Shown here: positions 8,483 through 18,303 of the stretch, piece by piece
Layout: each line of letters begins with the position of its first letter
How positions within the stretch are numbered: the stretch's first letter is position 1
DNA from: Thermodesulfobacteriota bacterium
GTDB taxonomy: Bacteria; Desulfobacterota; Desulfobaccia; Desulfobaccales; 0-14-0-80-60-11
Assembly (NCBI GenBank): GCA_040756315.1
Contig: JBFLZI010000002.1
Location: forward strand, 1 to 58,398
Length of the DNA stretch: 58,398 nucleotides
Direction: 5' to 3'
Notes under the pieces: model-generated
Database searches by the model: none
What the model saw: only the letters and a program-made list of their open reading frames with translations
Told to the model about the DNA's origin: nothing
Position numbers and translations under genes: made by a program

Positions 8483-10405
8483 TTGACCTGGGCTATTGAA
8501 ACATTTTCCCTGACTAAATATTTCCCCACCCCGGGCGGCGGCCTGGGGCTTTTCGGCCAGCCCCGCCCATCTCGGGCTGCGGTGGATGGGGTCAGCCTGG
8601 CCATCCGACCGGGGGAATTGTTCGGACTGCTCGGTCCCAACGGCGCCGGCAAAACCACCCTTATCAAGATGCTGGCCACCCTCATCATTCCTTCCTCAGG
8701 AAATGCGCTGGTCAATGGCTGCAACCTGGCCGCCGACAAGGCGGTGCGAGATGCCATCGCCGTGGTGAGCAGTGATGAACGCAGCTTTTACTGGCGCCTT
8801 ACCGGTCGCCAGAACCTCGAATTCTTTTCAGCCCTTTATCATCTTTCTCCGGCCCAACGCCGCGCCCGGATCAGGGAAGTCCTCCATCTGGTGGGTCTGG
8901 AGGAAGGGGCGGAAGTTCCGGTAAAAGCCTTTTCATCCGGAATGAAGCAACGCCTGGCCATCGCCCGGGCCCTTCTCGCCCTCAAACCCATCCTCCTTCT
9001 GGACGAACCCACCAAGGGCCTGGACCCTCCGGCCATCCGCCAGCTCCACCAACTCATCCGGGAGGAGTTGACGGAACGCCGGGGCATCACCGTGTTGTTG
9101 ACCACTCACCAGCTTTGGGAGGCGGAGGCCCTGTGTCACCGGGTGGCCGTGATGCATCAGGGGCGGCTTAAAGGGTGTGGGACGCCCTGGGAACTGCGGC
9201 GCGATTTAGGCCTGATGGACCGCTGGCGCCTCCTGGTGCCCAGGCTCACCCCGGCCCTCAGAGGGGGCCTGGAGAAGGTCTGGCCGCGCCTCCGTTTCGC
9301 CTCTCAGGACAACGGTCAAGTCCTTCTTGAATGGGAGGCTGAGAACCAGGCCCTTGCCGATGATATTGTGGGAGTTATCTTCCAGGAAGGGGAGAAGATC
9401 CTCAGCCTCTCCCGGGAACCGGCTTCCTTGGAGGTTATCTTTGATACCCTTACCCAGAGGCCGGATTCCCAGGGAAGCCAGAGTCAGAAGTCAGGACCGG
9501 AACCGCCTGATAAAGATGACCGGCGGCACCGGGAAGAACTTCCTCCGAATATTGGGGTAAGGGCCGGACCGAAGGGGACGCCCGGTATTTTCAGAAACTG
9601 GCTGACGGTGGCGGCCGCTTTCTTCAAACGCGACATGCTGGAAGAGTGGAGCTATCGTCTATCCTTTTCGCTCCAGCTCATCAGCATCTTCTTCTCGGTA
9701 ACCATGTTCTACTTCTTGTCCCGCCTCTTCGGTCAGAGCGTCAATCAATATCTGTCGCCTTATGGAACGGATTATTTTTCCTTTGTCCTGATGGGGATCG
9801 CCTTTTCCCAGTATTTTGACGTGGGCCTGTCAACCTTCTCCAACAGCCTGCGGGAGGCCCAGACCACCGGCACCCTGGAAGCCATGTTCACCTCCCCCAC
9901 CAGCATCTCCCTCATCATTATCTCCTCTTCCCTGTGGAGCTACCTCTTCGCCTCCTTGCAAGTGCTGATCTATTTAGTCATGGGCACGGTTTTGTTCAAA
10001 GCCCGCTTGGTGGACTTCAGCCTGCCGGCGGTTATCGTCATCCTCAGCCTCACTATCGTCTGTTTCAGCAGCCTGGGGCTAATCGCCGCCAGTTTTATCA
10101 TGTTATTCAAGCGGGGGGATCCGGTCCTCTGGCTCTTCAGCACCTCCTCCGCCCTGCTGAGCGGCGTCTATTATCCTCTGGCCATCCTGCCCGAATGGCT
10201 CAGGTCTCTGTCCTACTTCTTACCCAACACTTATATTCTGGAAGCGGTGCGCTTGGCGCTCCTCCAGGGGTGCCCCCTGGCGGCCCTGAAGCGACAGTTG
10301 GCCTTTCTGGTCCTCTTCTGTGTGATTCTCGTGCCTTTGAGCCTGTGGGCCTTCCGTTGGGCGGTGTACCGGGCCAAAGTGGCCGGGACCCTTACTCATT
10401 ATTGA
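8483..10405 (+). CDS. fused ABC transporter: ATP-binding domain plus ABC-2-type permease
   Basis: 640 aa. The N-terminal half has Walker A GPNGAGKTT, signature FSSGMKQR and Walker B LLLDEP. A charged linker follows, then six predicted hydrophobic segments. TTG start. Confidence 0.85.
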   Translation: MTWAIETFSLTKYFPTPGGGLGLFGQPRPSRAAVDGVSLAIRPGELFGLLGPNGAGKTTLIKMLATLIIPSSGNALVNGCNLAADKAVRDAIAVVSSDERSFYWRLTGRQNLEFFSALYHLSPAQRRARIREVLHLVGLEEGAEVPVKAFSSGMKQRLAIARALLALKPILLLDEPTKGLDPPAIRQLHQLIREELTERRGITVLLTTHQLWEAEALCHRVAVMHQGRLKGCGTPWELRRDLGLMDRWRLLVPRLTPALRGGLEKVWPRLRFASQDNGQVLLEWEAENQALADDIVGVIFQEGEKILSLSREPASLEVIFDTLTQRPDSQGSQSQKSGPEPPDKDDRRHREELPPNIGVRAGPKGTPGIFRNWLTVAAAFFKRDMLEEWSYRLSFSLQLISIFFSVTMFYFLSRLFGQSVNQYLSPYGTDYFSFVLMGIAFSQYFDVGLSTFSNSLREAQTTGTLEAMFTSPTSISLIIISSSLWSYLFASLQVLIYLVMGTVLFKARLVDFSLPAVIVILSLTIVCFSSLGLIAASFIMLFKRGDPVLWLFSTSSALLSGVYYPLAILPEWLRSLSYFLPNTYILEAVRLALLQGCPLAALKRQLAFLVLFCVILVPLSLWAFRWAVYRAKVAGTLTHY

Positions 10406-10705
10406 GCCGACATCATCCGTCCAGGACCTGTTCGGGCCGGGAACAACCTTACCGGAATTCAGCCCCATCTTCACCCGAGATAGTGATTTTATCCCGTTTC
10501 CAGTTTTCAGTTTCCGGTTTTTTGTTAAAAGATAGAAGTTTATCAATAAGTTACAAGCACCATTTGTAACATTTGAAAGTGAAACTGATATTACTTGCTT
10601 CTTTCCTCCTCGGGTTTCTTCGCAGTCAAAAGGCATTAAAAGGCAGGAGCGAACCTGGTGTTCACCCACTGATTCAGGGCGAAGACCACGTGCGCCCCAA
10701 GGCCC

Positions 10706-11359
10706 CTAGATCATTCTGGCCTTCAAGGCCCGGACATTTTCACCAAGATCATGTTCATTAAAGAGGGCGGAACCGGCCACAAACACATCCACCCCGGCCG
10801 CCACCAGGGCATCGATAGTCTCCAAATTAACCCCCCCGTCCACTTCCAGCAAAACCGGGAGCTGTAAGTCATCGATCATCTTTCTCAACCTCCGGATTTT
10901 GGGAAGCACCGCGGGAATGAATTTTTGCCCCCCGAAGCCGGGATTTACCGACATCAAGAGCACCATGTCCACTTCGCTTAAAATGACCTCCAGGGTGTCC
11001 AAGGAAGTGGCGGGGTTCAGGGTTACCGTGGCTTTGGCCCCCAACTCCTTGATCCGCTGGACCAGCCTCTCCAGGTGAACGGCGGCCTCCACGTGGACGC
11101 CCAGCCAATCCGCGCCCGCGTCAATATAGGTTTCCAGGTAAAGCTCGGGGTTGGAAATCATCAGGTGGACGTCCAGGGGCAGGCTGGTGGCCCGACGGAG
11201 GGCTTTCACTACCTTGGGGCCTATGGTCAGGTTGGGGACAAAATGGCCGTCCATGACATCCACATGGAGCCAATCCGCGCCCGCCTGCTCCACGGCCTGG
11301 ACCTGGTCCGCCAGGTGTCCGAAATCCGCCGACAAAATAGAGGCCGAGAGCTTTTTCAT
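10706..11359 (-). CDS. rpe: ribulose-phosphate 3-epimerase
   Basis: 217 aa with LHVDVMDGHFVPN and MSVNPGFGGQKF motifs. Confidence 0.95.
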   Translation of the reverse strand: MKKLSASILSADFGHLADQVQAVEQAGADWLHVDVMDGHFVPNLTIGPKVVKALRRATSLPLDVHLMISNPELYLETYIDAGADWLGVHVEAAVHLERLVQRIKELGAKATVTLNPATSLDTLEVILSEVDMVLLMSVNPGFGGQKFIPAVLPKIRRLRKMIDDLQLPVLLEVDGGVNLETIDALVAAGVDVFVAGSALFNEHDLGENVRALKARMI

Positions 11360-11482
11360 GTTTGGGTCATCCTCAATATCATTGTTCGGGGCATCCCCCC
11401 AGGGTTACTACGTCTTTATGGTTTCGATTCAAAGAAACTTATCCAGCCCTTATGTGCTATGTGCATTGTCATTGTCCCTACT

Positions 11483-12199
11483 TTAAAGCCGGGCGGCGGC
11501 CTCCCGATCCACCAGCCAACGGAGCTCCCCCGTGAGGGGAGACAGCAATCGGGCCGGGAGGCGCTGGGGCTCCCGGGGGCCTTTAAGGACTTCCTTTAAG
11601 GTCTCGGCCTTGTCCGCACCGGCAACCAACACCGCAATCAACGCGGCCTGATTGATAAGAGGGAAAGTCAGAGTCACCCGGCAAAATTCTTCCTGGGGCA
11701 CTTTCACCACCGCGGTCCAGCGGGAGCGCTCCTTAAGGGCCTCGCTGCCGGGGAAGAGGGAGGCGGTGTGGCCGTCGGCCCCCAACCCTAAAAGCATCAG
11801 GTCAAACCGGGGCGTCCGGCCGGCAAAAAAGTCTTTAAGCCGGGCGGCGTATTGAGCCGCGCCGGCTTCCGGTGAGGCGCCGCACCAAATGGGATGGACA
11901 TTGCCCGCCGGGAGGGGCACGTGATCCAGGAGGGCTTCCCGGGCCAGGCGGGCGTTGCTTCTGGGGTCCTCCGGGGGCACGCAGCGCTCGTCCCCCCAGA
12001 AGACGTGGACCCTCTTCCAGTCAATTTCGTCTCGGAACTCCGGCTGGGCTAAAAGCTCGTAGGTCCGCCGGGGGGTGTGGCCGCCGGACAGGGCCAGGCT
12101 TACGCGGTCCCGAACTTCAAGGACTTCCCTGACCCGCCGGACAAAAGCGTCAGCCGCGGCCCGGCTCAAGGATTCCAGATCAGGATAGACCTGGATCAT
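11483..12199 (-). CDS. pgl: 6-phosphogluconolactonase
   Basis: DevB/Pgl-like (LALSGGHTP, LLGLGADGHTASLFP). Start set at ATG 12199, which forms an ATGA overlap with the zwf stop. The track ORF extends to 12271. Confidence 0.85.
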   Translation of the reverse strand: MIQVYPDLESLSRAAADAFVRRVREVLEVRDRVSLALSGGHTPRRTYELLAQPEFRDEIDWKRVHVFWGDERCVPPEDPRSNARLAREALLDHVPLPAGNVHPIWCGASPEAGAAQYAARLKDFFAGRTPRFDLMLLGLGADGHTASLFPGSEALKERSRWTAVVKVPQEEFCRVTLTFPLINQAALIAVLVAGADKAETLKEVLKGPREPQRLPARLLSPLTGELRWLVDREAAARL

Positions 12200-13749
12200 G
12201 ACGGCGCCATCAGGGTCACCCGGCATATGGCCGTGTCCTCCTGGCATTGCAGGAAAGTGGGCATGATCCAACTGCGGCCATCCTGGGCAATCAGGATGTC
12301 GGCCCCTTCCGGACCCCAGGTGCCGGCCTGGTAATTGGGGAAATCTGCGGGTTTGATGCTCTCCCAGGTGTCCAGGATGGGGGAGAGCACTTCCCAGGCG
12401 GCCTCGACCTGATCCCCCCGCATAAACAGGGTAGTGTCCCCTCGCATGACATCCAGCAAGAGGGTCTCATAGGCTTCCGGCGGTTCGGTCTTAAAGGCTT
12501 CCCGGTAGTAAAACTGCATAATTACCGGGGAGAGGCGCAGGGTCGGGCCGGGATGCTTGGCTTCGAACCTGATGAGGATGCCTTCCTCAGGCTGGATGGC
12601 GATGAGCAGGCGGTTGGGACGCCAGTCCAGCAGGGCGCTGGGAGGAAAGGTCTGGTGGGGAACGGGCCGGAACTGGATGGAGACCTCGGAAATCCGGCTG
12701 GGCAGGCGCTTGCCGGTGCGCAAATAGAACGGCACGTCCTGCCAGCGCCAGTTGTCCACGAACAACTTAACCGCGGCATAGGTCTCCGTGGCGGAATCCG
12801 GGGACACGTCGGGTTCGCTGTGGTAGCCCGGCACCAGGTCTCCTTCCACCCAACCCGAGCCGTATTGGCCTCGAACGGCATACTGGTTCACCTGTTCCGG
12901 CAGGATGGGGCGAATGGCGTGGAGCACGTCCACTTTTTTATTGCGCACTTCATCGGCCTCAAAGGAAATGGGCGCTTCCATGGCCACCAGACACAGAATT
13001 TGCAACAGGTGATTCTGAATCATATCCCGGAGCGCCCCGGCCTGATCATAGTAATGACCCCGAAGTTCCACTCCTAATTTTTCCGCCACGGTGATCTGGA
13101 TGTGATCGATGTAGTGCCGGTTCCAAACGGGTTCAAACAGGGTATTGGCGAAGCGAAAGGCCAAAATATTCTGAACGGTTTCCTTTCCCAGGTAGTGATC
13201 GATGCGAAAGATCTGGGATTCGTAAAACATCTGGGTGAGGGACTGATTCAAGGCCCGGGCCGAATCCAGGTTACGGCCGAAGGGCTTTTCCACTACGATA
13301 CGCGCCCTGCCGCGGTCCTGGTTGAGTTTGGCCCTGGCCAGCTGTTGGGCCGCCGGCTCAATGAGTTGGGGGGGTAAGGCCAGATAAAAAATCCGATTGG
13401 CCTTGGCGCCCCAGGCTTTTTCCTGCCCGGCGATCTTTTGGGCCAGTGCCGAGAAGGTTTGGGGATCGTCCAACTCGGAGGTCAAAAAAGCGAAATGGGA
13501 GATAAAGGTCTGCCAGGACCCCTCCTCCACCCTATGCCGGGAGAACTTCCCCGCCTCCTGGCGCAGGTGTAGGAGGAAATCCTCTTCCCTCCCATGCAGG
13601 TGACCCAGACCCAAAATGGCAAACTTCTCCGGGAGCCACTTTTCCCTGAATAGGCTATAGAGGGCCGGGATGAGCTTGCGGGAGGCGAGATCGCCGCCGG
13701 CGCCAAAAATCGCGAAGATGGTGGCCTCGGGCCGATGAGTAACCGTCAT
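12196..13749 (-). CDS. zwf: glucose-6-phosphate 1-dehydrogenase
   Basis: Motifs GAGGDLASRKL, RIDHYLGKE and NHLLQIL. Start set at ATG 13749, preceded by GAGG. The track start at 13770 is a GTG that overlaps gnd. Confidence 0.95.
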   Translation of the reverse strand: MTVTHRPEATIFAIFGAGGDLASRKLIPALYSLFREKWLPEKFAILGLGHLHGREEDFLLHLRQEAGKFSRHRVEEGSWQTFISHFAFLTSELDDPQTFSALAQKIAGQEKAWGAKANRIFYLALPPQLIEPAAQQLARAKLNQDRGRARIVVEKPFGRNLDSARALNQSLTQMFYESQIFRIDHYLGKETVQNILAFRFANTLFEPVWNRHYIDHIQITVAEKLGVELRGHYYDQAGALRDMIQNHLLQILCLVAMEAPISFEADEVRNKKVDVLHAIRPILPEQVNQYAVRGQYGSGWVEGDLVPGYHSEPDVSPDSATETYAAVKLFVDNWRWQDVPFYLRTGKRLPSRISEVSIQFRPVPHQTFPPSALLDWRPNRLLIAIQPEEGILIRFEAKHPGPTLRLSPVIMQFYYREAFKTEPPEAYETLLLDVMRGDTTLFMRGDQVEAAWEVLSPILDTWESIKPADFPNYQAGTWGPEGADILIAQDGRSWIMPTFLQCQEDTAICRVTLMAPS

Positions 13750-13760
13750 AATCGCCTCAC

Positions 13761-15173
13761 TTAGTCCCACTCCGTATGGAATGTGCCGGGCAGATCCACC
13801 CGCTCATAGGTGTGGGCGCCGAAATAATCCCGCTGGGCCTGGATCAGGTTGGCCGGCAGCCTGGCCCGGCGGTAACCGTCCCAATAAGCCAGGGACACCA
13901 TCAGCCCCGGCGTGGGAATGCCCCAGGCCACCGCACTCTGCAGCACCTGCCGCCAGTCCCCCTGGCGACTTGAGACTTCCCGGCCCAGATGAGGGTCCAG
14001 GAGGAGGTTGAGCAACTCCGGCTGGTGCTGATAAGCAGCCCGAACATCCTCCAGGAGCGCGGCCCGGATGATGCAGCCGCCCCGCCAGATACGGGCCACG
14101 GTTTCGAGATCGAGTTGGTAGCCGTAGGCCGTGGAGGCCTGCCGGAGCAAGGCCAGGCCCTGGGCATAGGTGACGATCATGGCGGCATATAAAGCGTTCT
14201 TCATCTTAGCCGCAAACCCCTGCCGGTCTTGGGAAACCTGGATCGCCGGGGCCGGCAGGACCCGGCTGGCCGCCTCCCGCTCCGCCTTCATGGCCGAGAG
14301 GCAGCGCACCGCCACCGCCAAATCTATAGTGGGCACCGGCACCCGGGCATCCATGGCCTCCTGGCAAGTCCATATCCCGGTGCCCTTTTGCCGGGCCACA
14401 TCCAAAATCACGTCCACCAGGCGCTCTCCGGTTTTTTCGTCCACCCGGGTAAAGATCTGGGAAGTGATTTCCACCAGGTAGGATTGCAGCTCTTCCTGGT
14501 TCCATTGGGCGAACAGGGTATGCAGATCGTCGTTGTTGAAACCCAAACCCAGCTTCAACAGATCATAAGTCTCGGCGATCAACTGTTCCAGGCCGTATTC
14601 GATGCCGTTGTGCACCATTTTAACGTAGTGGCCGGCGGACCCGGGACCCAGATAAGCCACGCAGGGTTCATTATTCACCTGGGCGGCTGCGGCCTCCAGG
14701 AGGAGACGAACCCGGTCATAACCCTCCCGGGGGCCGCCGGGCATCAGGCTGGGGCCGAAGCGGGCCCCCTTCTCCCCCCCGGAGACCCCCATGCCCATGT
14801 AGAGCAGACCCGCGCCGGCAAGGGATTGGCCCCGTCGGTCGGTGTCATGAAAATTCGAGTTGCCCCCGTCGATGATCAGGTCGCCGGTTTCCAAAAGGGG
14901 CCGGAGCTCATCCAGTACCGCGTCCACAGCCCGGCCCGCGGAAACCAGGAGAATGACGGCCCGGGGCCGCTTCAGCTGGCCCAGGAATTCCTTCAGGGTG
15001 TAGGCCGGGGCAATGGGACGCTCTCCTGCTTCGCTGTCCATAAATTCCCGGATTTTTGCGCTATTGCGATTATACACCGCCACGGGAAAACCGTGGTCGG
15101 CCAGGTTCAGCGCAAAGTTCCGGCCCATGACCCCCAAACCTATCAAGCCTATTTCATCATCCTGGTTGCTCAT
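13761..15173 (-). CDS. gnd: 6-phosphogluconate dehydrogenase, decarboxylating
   Basis: 470 aa with GLIGLGVMGRNFALN, GGNSNF and HYVKMVHNGIEY. Confidence 0.95.
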   Translation of the reverse strand: MSNQDDEIGLIGLGVMGRNFALNLADHGFPVAVYNRNSAKIREFMDSEAGERPIAPAYTLKEFLGQLKRPRAVILLVSAGRAVDAVLDELRPLLETGDLIIDGGNSNFHDTDRRGQSLAGAGLLYMGMGVSGGEKGARFGPSLMPGGPREGYDRVRLLLEAAAAQVNNEPCVAYLGPGSAGHYVKMVHNGIEYGLEQLIAETYDLLKLGLGFNNDDLHTLFAQWNQEELQSYLVEITSQIFTRVDEKTGERLVDVILDVARQKGTGIWTCQEAMDARVPVPTIDLAVAVRCLSAMKAEREAASRVLPAPAIQVSQDRQGFAAKMKNALYAAMIVTYAQGLALLRQASTAYGYQLDLETVARIWRGGCIIRAALLEDVRAAYQHQPELLNLLLDPHLGREVSSRQGDWRQVLQSAVAWGIPTPGLMVSLAYWDGYRRARLPANLIQAQRDYFGAHTYERVDLPGTFHTEWD

Positions 15174-15396
15174 GAAATGTCTCCAAATCTTTCAAAAAAT
15201 CCCTGTTCCGGGTTTAAATCATTGACCGGCAACCTAATTGCCACCATGACTCCCTGATTCTACTTTCAGATTGGCCTGACGGCACTTTTCACCACCTTTG
15301 GTAAGGCGGCCAGGCCTTGGGGGAATTACCCGCCCAGGCGGATATAATCCCGCTAGACACTCAGGCCGAAGGTCACGAGCCTACCCGAAGGATTAT

Positions 15397-15858
15397 TCAC
15401 CATGGCTGTTCCTCCAGTTTCTCCAGCCGCGCCACCTTTTCCAGTCGGCGGCAAAACCGGTCGGCTCCTTTGAAGTTGGCTTTCAGAAACGCCTGCACGA
15501 GCTCCCATGCCAGAGGAAAACAGGTAACCCGTCCCCCCAGGCACATAATGTTCATGTTATCGTCTTCCACACCCTGGCGGGCCGAATAGGTTTCATTGAT
15601 CAGCGCCGCCCGGACCCCGGCCACTTTGTTGGCTGCGATGGAAGCTCCCACGCCGCTACCGCAGATGGCCAGGCCCCGGTCCACCTCCCCTTGGGCCACC
15701 GCCCGGGCCAGGGGCACGACAAAATCAGGATAATCATCATGAGGATCGTAGTCAAAAGCCCCATAGTCAACTATTTCATGCTTCAGGCCCCGAATTTCTT
15801 CAATCAACTGTTCCTTGAGCTCAAACCCGCCATGATCCGCCGCGATGCCGATACGCAT
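15397..15858 (-). CDS. rpiB: ribose-5-phosphate isomerase B
   Basis: 153 aa with MRIGIAADHGGFELK and ICGSGVGASIAANK. Confidence 0.93.
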   Translation of the reverse strand: MRIGIAADHGGFELKEQLIEEIRGLKHEIVDYGAFDYDPHDDYPDFVVPLARAVAQGEVDRGLAICGSGVGASIAANKVAGVRAALINETYSARQGVEDDNMNIMCLGGRVTCFPLAWELVQAFLKANFKGADRFCRRLEKVARLEKLEEQPW

Positions 15859-15889
15859 AGTCTTTTCCCTTTTCTGGAAGAGATAAATA

Positions 15890-17731
15890 TCAAATTATTT
15901 CCTTCACCCGTTTGACGATGGCCGCGGCCGAGATCTCCTCGTAATCATAAAGCTCTGCCGGAGAGCCGCTCCTGGGTTTTTTTCGCACCGTCAGGGAGTA
16001 AACCGGGATAGAAAGGGTGGAGAGCGCGGCGGCCACCGCCTCTCCCAGCCCGCCCGGGCCATAATGGTCCTCCACGGTCAAGATGGCCCGGGTCTCCTGG
16101 GCGGCCTGCTTCAGGGTCGGTTCATCCAGAGGCTTGATGCTGTAGAGGTCGATCACCCGGGCCGAAATCCCGTCTTGCTGCAATTGCTCATAGGCCGTAA
16201 GCGCCTCGAAAAGGGTTAATCCCGCGCTCACCACGCTTACCGCATCCCGGTCGCTCTGACGCAGGACCTTACTGCCGCCGATGGGAAATGATTCCTCGGG
16301 ACTATAGAGGATGGGGGTGGGGCCTCTGGTGGTGCGGAGATAGACCAGACCCTGGTGCCGGGCGGCTTCCTCCACCAACCTCTCGGTGGCGATGGCGTCG
16401 GCGGGATACAGTACCACGCTGTGCAATATGCTGCGGAACATGGCCAGGTCTTCCAATCCCATCTGGGAAGGGCCGTCCGCGCCGATGGAGACCCCGGCGT
16501 GGGAGCCGACGAATTTCAAATTGGCGTCGGAGTATTGACTCATGCGGATCTGGTCGAAGGCCCGGGTCAAAAACGCCGCGAAACTGGAAACAAAGGGGAT
16601 CTTGCCCCGGCAGGCCAACCCCAGGGCCGCGCCGGCCATGTTCTGTTCGGCGATGTACATCTCAAAGAAGCGCTGTGGATAAGCCTCCTCGAAGTATTCC
16701 GCCCGGGTGGAGTTGCTCACCTCCCCGTCCAGGCTCACCATCAAGGGATATTGGGGATAGAGCCTCCTTAAAGCGATACCGTAAGCGTCCCGGGTGGGCA
16801 CCGGTTTCTCCGGCGGGTATGCCGGCGGCGCCGCTTCCCGGGGGGTGGGTCTGTCGGGGAGCAAGTCCACCGGCAGGGCGATTTCCCCTCGAACGGACAG
16901 GTCCACCTCCCCTAACTCCGGCAAAGCCTTGGCCAATTCTTCTTTTTTCAGGGCCACACCGTGCCAGCCGTTTTTGTCTTCCAGGAAAGAGACGCCTTTT
17001 CCCTTGACAGTCTTGGCGATGATCATGATGGGCTTCTCCGAGACGCTGCCCACCTCCTGGTATGCCCCCAGAACACTAGGAAAAGAATGGCCGTCCACCA
17101 GAATCGTCTCCCAGCCGAAGGCGGCGATCCGGCGTTCGTAGGCCTGGAGATCATGGCCGTACATAGTCTCGCCCCGCTGGCCCAGACGATTCACGTCAAT
17201 GATGCCCACCAGATTGTCCAGGCGATAGTGGGCCGCAATCTCCAGAGCTTCCCAGACAGAGCCTTCCGCCATTTCGCTGTCACCCAGAAGGACATAGGTC
17301 AGATAGGGAAGCTTATCCAAATACTTGGCGTTCAGGGCCTGGCCGATGCCGATGGACAAACCCTGTCCCAAAGAACCGGTGGCGGCTTCCACATAAGGAA
17401 AATCCACCGTGGGGTGGCCTTCCAGAGGGCTGCCGAACTTTCTATAAGTCTTGATGAACTCCTGGATATCCAGCTTTCCGGCCGCGGCCCACAAGGCATA
17501 AAAGAGGGGCGAGGCGTGCCCCTTGGAAAAGATGAGGCGATCATTGTTCGGGTGCTGGGGGTTATCCGGATGGTAGCGAAAGAAGCCCCCGAACAGCAGG
17601 GCGGTCATCAGCTCCACGGCCGACAAGGAAGAGGTGGGGTGTCCGGAGCCTGCTTCGGTAGTGGAAACCAGAATTAAATACCGAATCAACTTCGCCAATT
17701 TCTCCAGCTTGTCAATTGGTGGCACCATCAA
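15890..17731 (-). CDS. tkt: transketolase
   Basis: 613 aa with ThDP motifs (GSGHPTSSLS, GDSEMAEGSVWEA) and a C-terminal pyrimidine-binding domain. Confidence 0.93.
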   Translation of the reverse strand: MMVPPIDKLEKLAKLIRYLILVSTTEAGSGHPTSSLSAVELMTALLFGGFFRYHPDNPQHPNNDRLIFSKGHASPLFYALWAAAGKLDIQEFIKTYRKFGSPLEGHPTVDFPYVEAATGSLGQGLSIGIGQALNAKYLDKLPYLTYVLLGDSEMAEGSVWEALEIAAHYRLDNLVGIIDVNRLGQRGETMYGHDLQAYERRIAAFGWETILVDGHSFPSVLGAYQEVGSVSEKPIMIIAKTVKGKGVSFLEDKNGWHGVALKKEELAKALPELGEVDLSVRGEIALPVDLLPDRPTPREAAPPAYPPEKPVPTRDAYGIALRRLYPQYPLMVSLDGEVSNSTRAEYFEEAYPQRFFEMYIAEQNMAGAALGLACRGKIPFVSSFAAFLTRAFDQIRMSQYSDANLKFVGSHAGVSIGADGPSQMGLEDLAMFRSILHSVVLYPADAIATERLVEEAARHQGLVYLRTTRGPTPILYSPEESFPIGGSKVLRQSDRDAVSVVSAGLTLFEALTAYEQLQQDGISARVIDLYSIKPLDEPTLKQAAQETRAILTVEDHYGPGGLGEAVAAALSTLSIPVYSLTVRKKPRSGSPAELYDYEEISAAAIVKRVKEII

Positions 17732-17803
17732 ACTCCTCCTTTATCTGCACCGCCAGTCAGCCTGCCGGACCAGGGATGGCTCTCTCCGTCAACCAGCAAA
17801 TAG

Positions 17804-17872
17804 GTAGGGGGGGGTCTCCCCGCCCTTGGAGTGATGACCGGCGCCTAGCGGGCGGGGAAACCCCGCCCCGAC
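17804..17872. repeat. GC-rich hairpin element (GTAGGGG...CCCCGAC type)
   Basis: Contains the perfect hairpin GGGCGGGG-AAA-CCCCGCCC (17850-17868). Its ends resemble the GTAGGGGCG repeat family at 47081, 47214 and 51054. Confidence 0.4.
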
Positions 17873-18303
17873 AAGCCTCTCCTGGTTAATGTTACATGTT
17901 TGACGGCAATTTGGCATCAGCCGCCCCACGGCTAGAGAACTTAAAAAATTTCGGTTTGACAGGCTGGTATGCCAGCGGGGCGCTGGCCGGGAAATAGGCC
18001 CTGCCCAGGATTATATTTTATTGATAACCATCCCATAAAGCGATGTCGAGAGGCTTTGAAGGGAATTTCGCCGAATTGCCGCGGGGAGGGAAGGCTGGGG
18101 CTGACTCCAGAATGATTTCCGGCAGTTCCTTAACCTTACCGGTGACCTCCGGTGGGCCGGATCACCATGCTACTTATGGGGGCCTAGCTGATGTCTAGAG
18201 GGAACAATAACCTTTCCCAGCCGATGTTTGGGATCAATGGTTTGATACCTTGCCGGCGGCGGCCTGGTTCCGTTCCCCCTCAGGGTGATTTAACCGGGCT
18301 TTT

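Noticed and set aside
18093-18125. GGGGCTGACTCCAGAATGATTTCC, which resembles the 5' end of tmRNA
   Set aside because: There is no matching tRNA-like 3' end (T-arm plus CCA) within 300-400 nt, and no tag-peptide reading frame. The resemblance is limited to the first 8 nt.
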